Positions 5,935 to 13,329 of a stretch of DNA of 23,492 nucleotides are shown here, one piece after another; the first letter of the stretch is position 1; each line of letters opens with the position of its first letter. The notes beneath the pieces are model-generated. The model saw only the letters and a program-made list of their open reading frames with translations. It was not told where the DNA came from and searched no databases. This stretch comes from a virus (lineage: Duplodnaviria > Heunggongvirae > Uroviricota > Caudoviricetes), in the IMG/VR virus record IMGVR_UViG_3300033074_002207. One strand, 5' to 3'. The position numbers were made by a program, and so were the translations under genes.

Positions 5935-6034
5935 GGGTACGAAGTTCAAAGGCGGGTGACACACGTGGGAATCTCGCGGTCAGAACAGCTAGTGGTCTAG
6001 AAGGTTGCAGGTTAAAATCCTGCCGTGCCCGCCA
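5935..6034 (+). ncRNA. 100-nt tRNA-like RNA with 35-nt D-loop and non-functional anticodon arm
   Basis: Acceptor GGGTACG/CGTGCCC, G-CCA; D stem GTTC/GAAC; CTAG-TGGT-CTAG; T arm GCAGG-TTAAAAT-CCTGC. Confidence 0.7.
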
Positions 6035-6134
6035 ATTTCCCTTAGTTGTTCTCGAAAACAACGAAATGTCGCCTGGTTGTTCTGAAAAACGGACGCTTTC
6101 CTCAAAATCTTAAAGAGAAGTGTAGAATTAGCAC

Positions 6135-6317
6135 ATGGCTCGATACGTGATGAAATCAGAAGCTGGTAAAGGATGGCGCATATGGAACAATCATATGCGT
6201 CGATGGTGGGGAAACTGGTTTCCAACACAACCAGACGAGCTTGTTGAAGAACTTAATGGGAAAAAACGACCAGATGTTCTTGTTGCATTAACTAAGAAGT
6301 ATCAGCAAAAACGATAA
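6135..6317 (+). CDS. Small basic Trp-rich hypothetical protein
   Basis: 60 aa; variant motif TCCTCA 6099 and TAGAAT 6 nt before ATG. Confidence 0.7.
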   Translation: MARYVMKSEAGKGWRIWNNHMRRWWGNWFPTQPDELVEELNGKKRPDVLVALTKKYQQKR

Positions 6318-6682
6318 TGGCTAGCGACATCGAAGTCTATCTCAAGTATCAGAATCAGGATGTACGCTATCCTGAGACTCGCACAGCATTCCTTATGGAG
6401 CTTGAGCCCCTAGTTGTGGGTGAGAAGGTGGTGCATTACAACTATGCCCATAAACCCACCGTTTACAGCATCCTCTCACTCGATGACGTGTTTGACCACG
6501 ATGGCTATGAGCAAGAAGAGGGCACGCCAGAAGTCTACTTCAAAGACACCCACTTTATGTATGGTGTCCCTGGTCGATATGTCGTTGCTACACTGCATTA
6601 TTTCACTCCTGCGAAGAAATTAGAAAGATTTAAGGTAGTGAAGCTACTCATCACAGAAAATGGCTTAGAACGAACATGTTAG
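6317..6682 (+). CDS. Hypothetical protein
   Basis: 121 aa, TAATG coupling. Confidence 0.75.
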   Translation: MASDIEVYLKYQNQDVRYPETRTAFLMELEPLVVGEKVVHYNYAHKPTVYSILSLDDVFDHDGYEQEEGTPEVYFKDTHFMYGVPGRYVVATLHYFTPAKKLERFKVVKLLITENGLERTC

Positions 6683-6833
6683 TCATTTTTCAAAAAAGCA
6701 GAATTATTTCTTGTATTTGACACCCGATATTAAGGCTTAATCAATTACTAAGTAATTGAAGAGCAATTACGTAAATTGTTCAAATCAGTTTTTCGGGTAG
6801 ATAAATTCGTTTTGTATGGATATAATTCCAATT

Positions 6834-6921
6834 GGAGAGTAAACCAGGCTGAGCTTGGAACTGTTTCGAAAACAGATTGGACTATAAAAGGTTTAGGGTT
6901 TGATTCCCTTGCTCTCCTCCA
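6834..6921 (+). tRNA. tRNA-Ser(CGA)
   Basis: Acceptor GGAGAGT/GCTCTCC, T-CCA; CTGT-TT-CGA-AA-ACAG; long variable arm; TATAAT at 6821. Confidence 0.85.
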
Positions 6922-6940
6922 GAATTTGTATAACTATATC

Positions 6941-7153
6941 ATGGCTAAGATATGGTTGCCCAAAGGTGTGAAATGGAACTTCTATTATCGAACTCAGGAA
7001 GAATTCGATAATGAGTGTGCTAATTTAATATATCATCATGGTAATCCGATATTCGAGATGCCTTGGCCGAACAAAAGAATATTCAAGGTTTTTCGAGATA
7101 AGCACGATAATCAAATAGAGATAGATTTCATACCTACGACAATTGGAGGGTAA
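6941..7153 (+). CDS. Hypothetical protein; stop codon inside the next tRNA
   Basis: ATG 6941 after TG-TATAAC; MAKIWLPKGVKW...GG*. Confidence 0.65.
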   Translation: MAKIWLPKGVKWNFYYRTQEEFDNECANLIYHHGNPIFEMPWPNKRIFKVFRDKHDNQIEIDFIPTTIGG

Positions 7154-7233
7154 TCCCAAACGGTGATGGGGTACGCCTGGAAAGCGCTACGAGCGGGAAG
7201 CCGCTTACGGTTCAATTCCGTTGCCTTCCTCCA
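7145..7233 (+). tRNA. tRNA-Ser(GGA)
   Basis: Acceptor GGAGGGT/GCCTTCC, T-CCA; CGC-CT-GGA-AA-GCG; variable arm GAGCGG-GAAG-CCGCTT. Confidence 0.83.
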
Positions 7234-7254
7234 GAATTTATGGTACAATATATC

Positions 7255-7362
7255 ATGTATCCAAACAACTATAAATACATACACTATGCTTTTATATTCG
7301 CAGGTGTTTGTTTTATCATTGTCCAGATTTGTGTGATGATAGCTATGATTTGTTTCAGATAA
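7255..7362 (+). CDS. 35-aa single-TM peptide (not in ORF track)
   Basis: TGG-TACAAT just upstream; MYPNNYKYIHYAFIFAGVCFIIVQICVMIAMICFR*. Confidence 0.5.
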   Translation: MYPNNYKYIHYAFIFAGVCFIIVQICVMIAMICFR

Positions 7363-7446
7363 GAATTCGGTGTAAGTCCTCTGACATGGCTCTCCAGGGC
7401 TATATGTTATGGTGAACACCAGTGGAGTCGTCTATATCCGGTGGGA

Positions 7447-7842
7447 TTAGACTGGGGGAGAAGAGATAACTGGAGAAAAGGCTTCTCCCTCCCACGAATC
7501 CTCATCGAAGAGAGAAGCCTCATCATCCTTATCTTGAGCAAGCATTTGAAGCTGCTTGCGAGTCTTTTCGTAATCCTTATAGCCGGAGCAAAGGAAGCAC
7601 GAACAATTTCGAAGATGCTTAGCGACACGCTTGGCGTTATTAAGAACATCTTGTCGATGTTCGTCTTGGTGTTGGAAGCGTTCCTCGTTAGTTTCCAGAT
7701 AGACTTTATCGTGAAGCCAACGATTGAACTTAAAGGAGTCGTCATCCCAACCCCACTGATACCAATAGACATTGAAAGCATGTTGAATTGCTTTCTCACG
7801 ACGATGGCGACGAATCGCCCGCTTCATGTTTTTAGTTTGCAT
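7447..7842 (-). CDS. Hypothetical protein with Arg-rich N-terminus and CSCxxC motif
   Basis: GAGGT SD upstream; KRAIRRHRREK...NCSCFLCSG; acidic tail. Confidence 0.75.
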   Translation of the reverse strand: MQTKNMKRAIRRHRREKAIQHAFNVYWYQWGWDDDSFKFNRWLHDKVYLETNEERFQHQDEHRQDVLNNAKRVAKHLRNCSCFLCSGYKDYEKTRKQLQMLAQDKDDEASLFDEDSWEGEAFSPVISSPPV

Positions 7843-7857
7843 TCTGACCTCTGTATA

Positions 7858-7946
7858 GCCACAGCAAACTTATCTCGTCAGACTAGATAAATTTGCTATG
7901 GCATGATACGGAGTCCAGTGATTCTTACCATTGTTAGAAACATCAT
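7858..7946 (-). promoter_or_regulatory. Candidate leader-peptide attenuator (16-codon uORF plus 18-bp hairpin)
   Basis: uORF 7946-7896 MMFLTMVRITGLRIMP*; its stop lies in the 5' arm of hairpin 7902-7858, which pairs fully only on the minus strand (2 G-U). Confidence 0.6.
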
Positions 7947-8025
7947 ATTCATTATACTCAAAGATTTATTGATATGAGGAATTTTTCCTTTTTCCTCAAT
8001 CCTGGCCGCATGCTCATACATTTGA

Positions 8026-8145
8026 TGAACTTGAGAGGGTGTCACACCAGGGATGCATCAGGTCGGCACTGTTTGAAGTAGTAACACACCTACTGAGATG
8101 AGAAGCTCAGCAAGGCTCGAAAGTAAATCCAGAAACTCAGGTTCA
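8026..8145 (+). ncRNA. Candidate ~120-nt ncRNA
   Basis: Starts at the predicted start site of motif 7993; 10-bp end-to-end stem TGAACTTGAG/CTCAGGTTCA; inner CTGAG/CTCAG. Confidence 0.5.
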
Positions 8146-8182
8146 AAATTCCTCATTTTGAGTCTATGATTGATATACAATC

Positions 8183-8473
8183 ATGGACAAACTGTATGAT
8201 TCAATGCCTTGTCTGACGAAGACTAAGGAACTCCGATTTGAAGTTACTGGGACAATCGCAGTCCCAAAAGAAGCCACTTTACTCTATGACGCATGGGGCG
8301 GGATTCGAGGCTATGAGATTCAGGGACGAGAGGTAAGTCTAGTTCTTGGATTGGAAGTCACCACGGATGGAATCAAATACGAATATCTGACTGGTGACGG
8401 TGAGATGGGACAACAGGTTGGGAGTCAAGTTCTCAACTATGACGTGACGAGTTTGTCTGAGGAGGATAACTAA
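8183..8473 (+). CDS. Hypothetical protein
   Basis: 96 aa; ATG 27 nt after TCCTCA 8150. Confidence 0.8.
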   Translation: MDKLYDSMPCLTKTKELRFEVTGTIAVPKEATLLYDAWGGIRGYEIQGREVSLVLGLEVTTDGIKYEYLTGDGEMGQQVGSQVLNYDVTSLSEEDN

Positions 8474-8916
8474 TGCCAAAGTTTCTTGTGACACATTATC
8501 TCGACGCGACTTCGATGACGGCAGAGAATGTCGTTGAAGCTGACACGCCGGAAGAGGCACAGGAAAAAGCCGCTGACCTTGTTCGTAGTCAATGGGATAT
8601 TTCGAGTTGGCTCGGTGGAAGTTTTGAAATCACTCTTGGAGATGTTGAGAAGACGGACGATTCATCAGAAGATGCTGGTGGTAAAAGTCCGCTCATGCAA
8701 CTTGAAGAAATTGCGCGAAAGAATCAGGACATCCTGAACGAGTACAATCAAGCCGGAAGAGAAGATGATTTTCGAGCGGCTGACTACGACGACTATGAAA
8801 AGCAAAGTCGAGAAGAACTGCGCCAGAATCTTCTACTTGCTTTCATCAGTCTTCTCAAGAGCGGAAGTTTCAATCCTGAAGAATTCCAAGTTGAAGAGTT
8901 AAAATATGGAGGGTAA
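8473..8916 (+). CDS. Acidic hypothetical protein; stop codon inside the next tRNA
   Basis: GAGGAGG SD and TAATG coupling; N-terminal MPKFLV...VVEADTPEEA module. Confidence 0.8.
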   Translation: MPKFLVTHYLDATSMTAENVVEADTPEEAQEKAADLVRSQWDISSWLGGSFEITLGDVEKTDDSSEDAGGKSPLMQLEEIARKNQDILNEYNQAGREDDFRAADYDDYEKQSREELRQNLLLAFISLLKSGSFNPEEFQVEELKYGG

Positions 8917-8997
8917 TCCCTGACGGTGAGGGGGTGCGCCTGCTAAGCGTCACGGGCTGAAATATTGCTTGCGGTTCAATTCCGCTGCCCTCCTCCA
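8908..8997 (+). tRNA. tRNA-Ser(GCT)
   Basis: Acceptor GGAGGGT/GCCCTCC, T-CCA; GCGC-CT-GCT-AA-GCGT; long variable arm. Confidence 0.85.
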
Positions 8998-9056
8998 GAA
9001 TTTATATCCAGCTTAGGTAGACAAAATCACTCTAAGTTGGATATAATAAACTATCT

Positions 9057-9147
9057 GGAGAGTAAACCCGTCTGGCGTGCGCGGCGTTGTTTGCTAAACA
9101 ATTGGGACTCGAAAGGGTCTGCGGTTCGAGTCCGCTGCTCTCCTCCA
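9057..9147 (+). tRNA. tRNA-Ser(GCT)
   Basis: Acceptor GGAGAGT/GCTCTCC, T-CCA; GTTGT-TT-GCT-AA-ACAAT; variable arm GGACTC-GAAA-GGGTCT; TATAAT at 9042. Confidence 0.87.
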
Positions 9148-9203
9148 TTTTTTGGAATATTCATAAAGGTGCTAAATAAGCAAATGTTGAATATTCCAAT
9201 ATT

Positions 9204-9704
9204 ATGAGAAAGCCAAATTGTTCTTGTCTTCGCTGTGACAAACCGATTTATCGTCGTCCATATCAGTTAGAAGGTGGTAATGTCTATTGTTCTAAATCAT
9301 GCTATCGAGCAGGTAATATTAGAACATCGAAATCGTGCCAAGAGTGTGGTAGTGTTTTTCAACCAAAAAACACTGGTCAAATTTATTGTTCTAAAAAATG
9401 TGCTACTACAAAAATTAGACGCGAGAGCTTTTGGTCTACATCAAAAGCATATGAAAAACACAACAAAACAAAGAGAAGATTGGCACAACTTGAACAAAAT
9501 TTTGGTTTTACATCTTGTATGGTCGAAGGTTGTACATATTCAACCACGTATGACATTCATAGATATATACCCGGTAATCAGGGTGGAGAATATGAAATAG
9601 GAAATATGTTTGCGATATGTCCCAACCATCATGCTGAAGTCACACGTAATATTATTGAGTTTGAAAAAGTCAGTGATTGTATTCTGAGAGTGCTAAAGAA
9701 GTGA
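9204..9704 (+). CDS. HNH homing endonuclease, paralog of 3418-3918
   Basis: Same length (166 aa); SCMVEGCTYSTTYDIHR...YEIGNMFAICPNHHAEV shared. Confidence 0.85.
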   Translation: MRKPNCSCLRCDKPIYRRPYQLEGGNVYCSKSCYRAGNIRTSKSCQECGSVFQPKNTGQIYCSKKCATTKIRRESFWSTSKAYEKHNKTKRRLAQLEQNFGFTSCMVEGCTYSTTYDIHRYIPGNQGGEYEIGNMFAICPNHHAEVTRNIIEFEKVSDCILRVLKK

Positions 9705-9747
9705 GCGTGAAAGCGCTCCGTGGGTTCGAATCCCACCCGCTCCTCCA
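9691..9747 (+). pseudogene. 3' half of a tRNA-Ser, probably (GCT)
   Basis: T-GCT-AA-AGAAG, variable arm GAGCGT-GAAA-GCGCTC, T arm GTGGG-TTCGAAT-CCCAC, CCGCTCC-T-CCA; overlaps the HNH stop. Confidence 0.75.
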
Positions 9748-9760
9748 GAATTTCATAAGA

Positions 9761-9788
9761 ACGGGGCTGTTCTGAGCCCCGTTTTTTT
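9761..9788 (+). terminator. Rho-independent terminator
   Basis: ACGGGGCT/AGCCCCGT stem plus T tract. Confidence 0.85.
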
Positions 9789-9876
9789 GTGTAAGGCTTT
9801 CGTCTTAGCATGTTAAACCGCATGCTAAATTATTCGTCTATACATATGGAAAATAAAAATAGGAGGAAATAGACAA

Positions 9877-10104
9877 ATGGATTTTGTAAAGAGACAAAAT
9901 GAAATCATCGAAGAGATGATGAATGGCGCAGAGTTGGTATCGCGCCCAGGCCGTTTCGGCGGCTACCGTCGAGACTGGTACCTGGTCGATGGCAAGAACG
10001 AACGACCACTAGGCATCGACATGATTAACCTGTTGGTGTCATCGGGTGTCATTCGAATCGACGGTCATCGTGCTATTTTGTTGAAAGAACTCGCCTCGGC
10101 GTAA
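9877..10104 (+). CDS. Hypothetical protein
   Basis: 75 aa; strong SD AGGAGG at 9861. Confidence 0.8.
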   Translation: MDFVKRQNEIIEEMMNGAELVSRPGRFGGYRRDWYLVDGKNERPLGIDMINLLVSSGVIRIDGHRAILLKELASA

Positions 10105-10140
10105 TTTTTCCTCAAAATAGAAAAGCATGGTATAATAGAA

Positions 10141-10715
10141 ATGTCGGAAGGGAAAGCCCCCGTGAGATTTAACTCTCGCAAAAATACATCTTTAGCGGGA
10201 TGGAAAGGCTCCTAGAGGTAGCGTCTAGGCTGACAGTCAAATCGTGCGCACGAAATGACACCAGGTATGGGCTGGATGCAAGCCCGAATATGAGAAGTGT
10301 AAGCAACGACATCACTCACCTGGAAAATTGAACTGGGGAGGGCACCGACGAATCGTCCCCTTGGATGAAGGCGGAACGCTTAACCCCAGTTCAGTTAAGG
10401 TTTGGGGAAACCCATTAACGTTGTAGATGTGACCGGAACACTGACAACGAGAAAGCAGTGCAGTTTTAGAATAAGGCTGGATAAAAACACTGGGGTAAGA
10501 GCCCTCATTTACTCAGGAATCTGTAACTCCGTGAAGGAGTCTGACGAGACGAATGGAAGGATTGTACAGTCCCCGGTAGTCGAAACAGATAGACGGAACG
10601 GCGCGTGTGGAATTGACTGTGCTAAACACGCGAGTAAGGTAACAGTCTGCGGAACCGCTGGATGGTCATAAGGCGAATTCTTAAGATTATTGACTAAGCG
10701 CTTAATCTTGTCGGT
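10141..10715 (+). ncRNA. Candidate large (~575 nt) multi-domain structured ncRNA; 3' end approximate
   Basis: TCCTCA 10109 plus TGG-TATAAT promoter; >15 short helices, including TGTCGG/CTGACA, CCAGGT/ACCTGG, 13-bp AATTGAACTGGGG/CCCCAGTTCAGTT and long-range GTGACC/GGTCAT; no credible ORF. Confidence 0.7.
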
Positions 10716-10800
10716 TGTTTCCTTTCATGGGAACATTCTCCTTGGCTCTGGGAGAGGGTGTTGCTGTTGCTAACATTTGTGGCCCTCTCCCTTCTTTTCT

Positions 10801-11100
10801 ATGAGAACACTATCTCTAAAGAAATATCACAAAAAAGTAGCGGGAAGCTCGAAAGACCCGTGTGTTTTTTGTTCTGCTCCAGCCGTCACCATCGACCACA
10901 TCACTCCCTTGTCGAAAGGCGGACACATGCGAGATTTACAAAACTTGGCTCCCATGTGTTATAAATGTAACAACAACAAAGGCGATTTGTCGATTCTATT
11001 AGCTTTGGCAACACACCCGCAGTTGAAGCGACGGATTAAATACAACATCCAAACCTTCAACAATCAAACCAAACGCAGAAAAAACGCCGCTGTCGCATAG
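10801..11100 (+). CDS. Small HNH endonuclease; stop codon inside the next tRNA
   Basis: CVFC...TIDHITPLSKGG...NLAPMCYKCNNNKG. Confidence 0.85.
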   Translation: MRTLSLKKYHKKVAGSSKDPCVFCSAPAVTIDHITPLSKGGHMRDLQNLAPMCYKCNNNKGDLSILLALATHPQLKRRIKYNIQTFNNQTKRRKNAAVA

Positions 11101-11170
11101 TGGTCAATTGCAGCACTTTCGTAAAGTGATTCCTTTGGATACGCAGGTTCGAATCCTGTCAGCGGCTCCA
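11086..11170 (+). tRNA. tRNA-Thr(CGT) with extended variable arm
   Basis: Acceptor GCCGCTG/CAGCGGC, T-CCA; CACT-TT-CGT-AA-AGTG; variable region TTCCTTTGGATAC. Confidence 0.87.
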
Positions 11171-11205
11171 ATTCCTCATTTCGCACGCCATTCGAATATT
11201 AAACT

Positions 11206-11484
11206 ATGACACAGGCGATGACATGGGCTGTACTCCGGGAATTCTGGCTAGAATATGGCAGTATTGTTCCTTCGAAAGTCCAGGATAACATCAAGGAACT
11301 GTTGGAGTTCTTCAAGCCTAACTATGTTGATGACACCAATCTTGGTGACTCGGGATATGTCTACTTCATTGACGGAAGCACTATCCTTTACGACTGGGAT
11401 GAAGGACATTTCGAATGTGAAGGGCGTAGGCTACAATACCCCTACGACAAAGATGACCCGCTTTTCTGGAAGTCTGACAGCTAA
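11206..11484 (+). CDS. Hypothetical protein
   Basis: 92 aa; ATG 27 nt after TCCTCA 11173. Confidence 0.8.
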   Translation: MTQAMTWAVLREFWLEYGSIVPSKVQDNIKELLEFFKPNYVDDTNLGDSGYVYFIDGSTILYDWDEGHFECEGRRLQYPYDKDDPLFWKSDS

Positions 11485-11547
11485 GCACGCATACAATATA
11501 AAGGGGCTTTAATATCCTCATTTGAACCTGATTCGGCATATATAATC

Positions 11548-11736
11548 ATGCCGAAGTTCAAAGTATTTATCACCGCGATGGCTGTGGTTTCTCAGTCACA
11601 AATCGTAGAGGCGGACGACATGGAATCTGCCCGCGCTCTTGCTGTTAAGCCCGAGACCTATAACAATGGAACTTGGGATTACTGCGGGGTTGAAGACGAC
11701 ACCGTTCAATGCGACGAAGTTGAGGGAGGATACTAA
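11548..11736 (+). CDS. Small acidic hypothetical protein
   Basis: MPKFKVFI...IVEADDMESA; ATG 27 nt after TCCTCA 11515. Confidence 0.8.
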   Translation: MPKFKVFITAMAVVSQSQIVEADDMESARALAVKPETYNNGTWDYCGVEDDTVQCDEVEGGY

Positions 11737-12038
11737 TGGTAAAAATCAAACCAGACAGACAGGATGTCAAGGATATTCTTTATGCTGTGAAATGTGCAGT
11801 CGATTGGCAGAAGGATTACAAAGTTCAAGTAGTAGGACTTAACTCTCATGGCAGGATTGCATGGTATCAAGGCTTTAGTGCCGTTCGAGAATATCGAGTC
11901 ATACCTCTTGCTGTTTACACCACTACCAGACATGGCATCAAGACAGAATATGAAGGTATTGTTGCCAATGACCCCAAACTCTTCGCGCAGTTTGAAGAGG
12001 CGATGAGGGTGGCGATGCTAAATTCCTCAAAAACGTAG
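11736..12038 (+). CDS. Hypothetical protein
   Basis: GGAGG SD and TAATG coupling. Confidence 0.78.
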   Translation: MVKIKPDRQDVKDILYAVKCAVDWQKDYKVQVVGLNSHGRIAWYQGFSAVREYRVIPLAVYTTTRHGIKTEYEGIVANDPKLFAQFEEAMRVAMLNSSKT

Positions 12039-12056
12039 AAACAAACATACGTTATC

Positions 12057-12293
12057 ATGGACAAAATGGTTTTTGAATCAGAAGAGCCCATTACATTAAC
12101 ATCGGAAGATAGTGGTTGTGCGATGTTGGTTGATGAGGGAGAACCCTATTTCGTAGGGGACGACGACGCAGCCATGTGGGTGCGTCTTGGGAGTTGGGAT
12201 GACAACGGTTATAAAAACCCTGAGATTTCTCATACTCAAATCAAAAAACTCGTGGGCAAACGTGTCCGCGTCACTTTGGAGGTGATTGAATAA
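12057..12293 (+). CDS. Hypothetical protein
   Basis: 78 aa; ATG 27 nt after TCCTCA 12024. Confidence 0.8.
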   Translation: MDKMVFESEEPITLTSEDSGCAMLVDEGEPYFVGDDDAAMWVRLGSWDDNGYKNPEISHTQIKKLVGKRVRVTLEVIE

Positions 12294-12655
12294 TGGGTGC
12301 ATGGGGAACCAGACCTTACGACAACGATACAGCCGCCGACTGGTTTGCTGACGCTACTGAAAGCGCAGTGAAGAAAGTCGATGAGCTTATCAAGTTGCCT
12401 ATCGAACAGGCAAACTACGACGAATATCGAGCCGCCGCTTGGTTGCTCACGAAGATTGGACGCACATACGTCTACAGCACTGCTGTTCTGGATACTCACT
12501 TGTCTGAGATTCATACGCGACTGAAGACAATGCGACGTGACGTTGGTTGGATTGCCACTTGGAAGAATCCCACTGAAATCACCGCCGACCTTGATGATTT
12601 AATTCAGCAAATCGAGCGCGTGTGCAAGTGGAACAATGTCGCCATTTCGTTCTAA
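12293..12655 (+). CDS. DUF4259-like protein
   Basis: N-terminal MGAWGTRPYDNDTAADW signature; GGAGG SD. Confidence 0.75.
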   Translation: MGAWGTRPYDNDTAADWFADATESAVKKVDELIKLPIEQANYDEYRAAAWLLTKIGRTYVYSTAVLDTHLSEIHTRLKTMRRDVGWIATWKNPTEITADLDDLIQQIERVCKWNNVAISF

Positions 12656-12688
12656 AGATTTAGGGTCTGTTCATACGATAATGTCTGT

Positions 12689-13327
12689 ATGCGCAGGACA
12701 GACCCACAATCTCCCATCATCCTTGACCGAACCACTGACGAACTAGAAGAATGTCTATTGTTTTGCATTGTGGTTGCGGGTAAAACAGCCGCCACTCAAC
12801 AAAGACTTCTCAAGAATTTTCTTACTTCTTTTCCCAGTCAATCGACATCTCCTTTTGATTTGATTCGGGAGATGGATGCTGCGGGTAAACTTTCCCAGCA
12901 ATTGATGTATTCCAAACTGGGTCAATACACCAGGCTTACGAGTTGTTTCCGAGACCTGGTGGCTTCGAATCTCGATTTGCGCACGTGTACAATTGACGAC
13001 CTGGAAGCGATTCATGGCATTGGCCCCAAAACGGCACGCTTCTTTTTAACTTGTACCAGGTCCGATGTGCGCTTTGCTGTCATCGACACGCACCTACTGA
13101 AATTCATGCGCGATTATCTAGGTGAGCATAATATTCCAGTTACAACACCAGGAAACAAAAAAGAATATAGCAGGCTAGAAAAATTGTATTTGGATTACGT
13201 AGATAGAGTCGGTGTGAATCCTGCGGAACTTGACCTAGCTATCTGGAAAATTTATGCCAACAAGGATAGTGCAGACTTCGATAGACTCACCAAAATTCCT
13301 CAAAATATGATGACGGCTCATAACTAA
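12689..13327 (+). CDS. HhH-GPD superfamily DNA glycosylase/AP lyase (Ogg-like)
   Basis: HhH motif LEAIHGIGPKTARFFL with Lys, then AVIDTH with catalytic Asp; C-terminal ELDLAIW. Confidence 0.8.
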   Translation: MRRTDPQSPIILDRTTDELEECLLFCIVVAGKTAATQQRLLKNFLTSFPSQSTSPFDLIREMDAAGKLSQQLMYSKLGQYTRLTSCFRDLVASNLDLRTCTIDDLEAIHGIGPKTARFFLTCTRSDVRFAVIDTHLLKFMRDYLGEHNIPVTTPGNKKEYSRLEKLYLDYVDRVGVNPAELDLAIWKIYANKDSADFDRLTKIPQNMMTAHN

Positions 13328-13329
13328 GT

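Noticed and set aside
7499-7504. TCCTCA hexamer
   Set aside because: No ATA after 17 nt and it lies within coding sequence; treated as a chance match.
7441-7890. 149-aa + strand ORF
   Set aside because: Antisense to 7447-7842, which has an SD, a leader structure and a more protein-like sequence.
10402-10671. 89-aa ORF inside the large structured region
   Set aside because: TTG start, no convincing SD or promoter motif, and the region is dominated by RNA helices.
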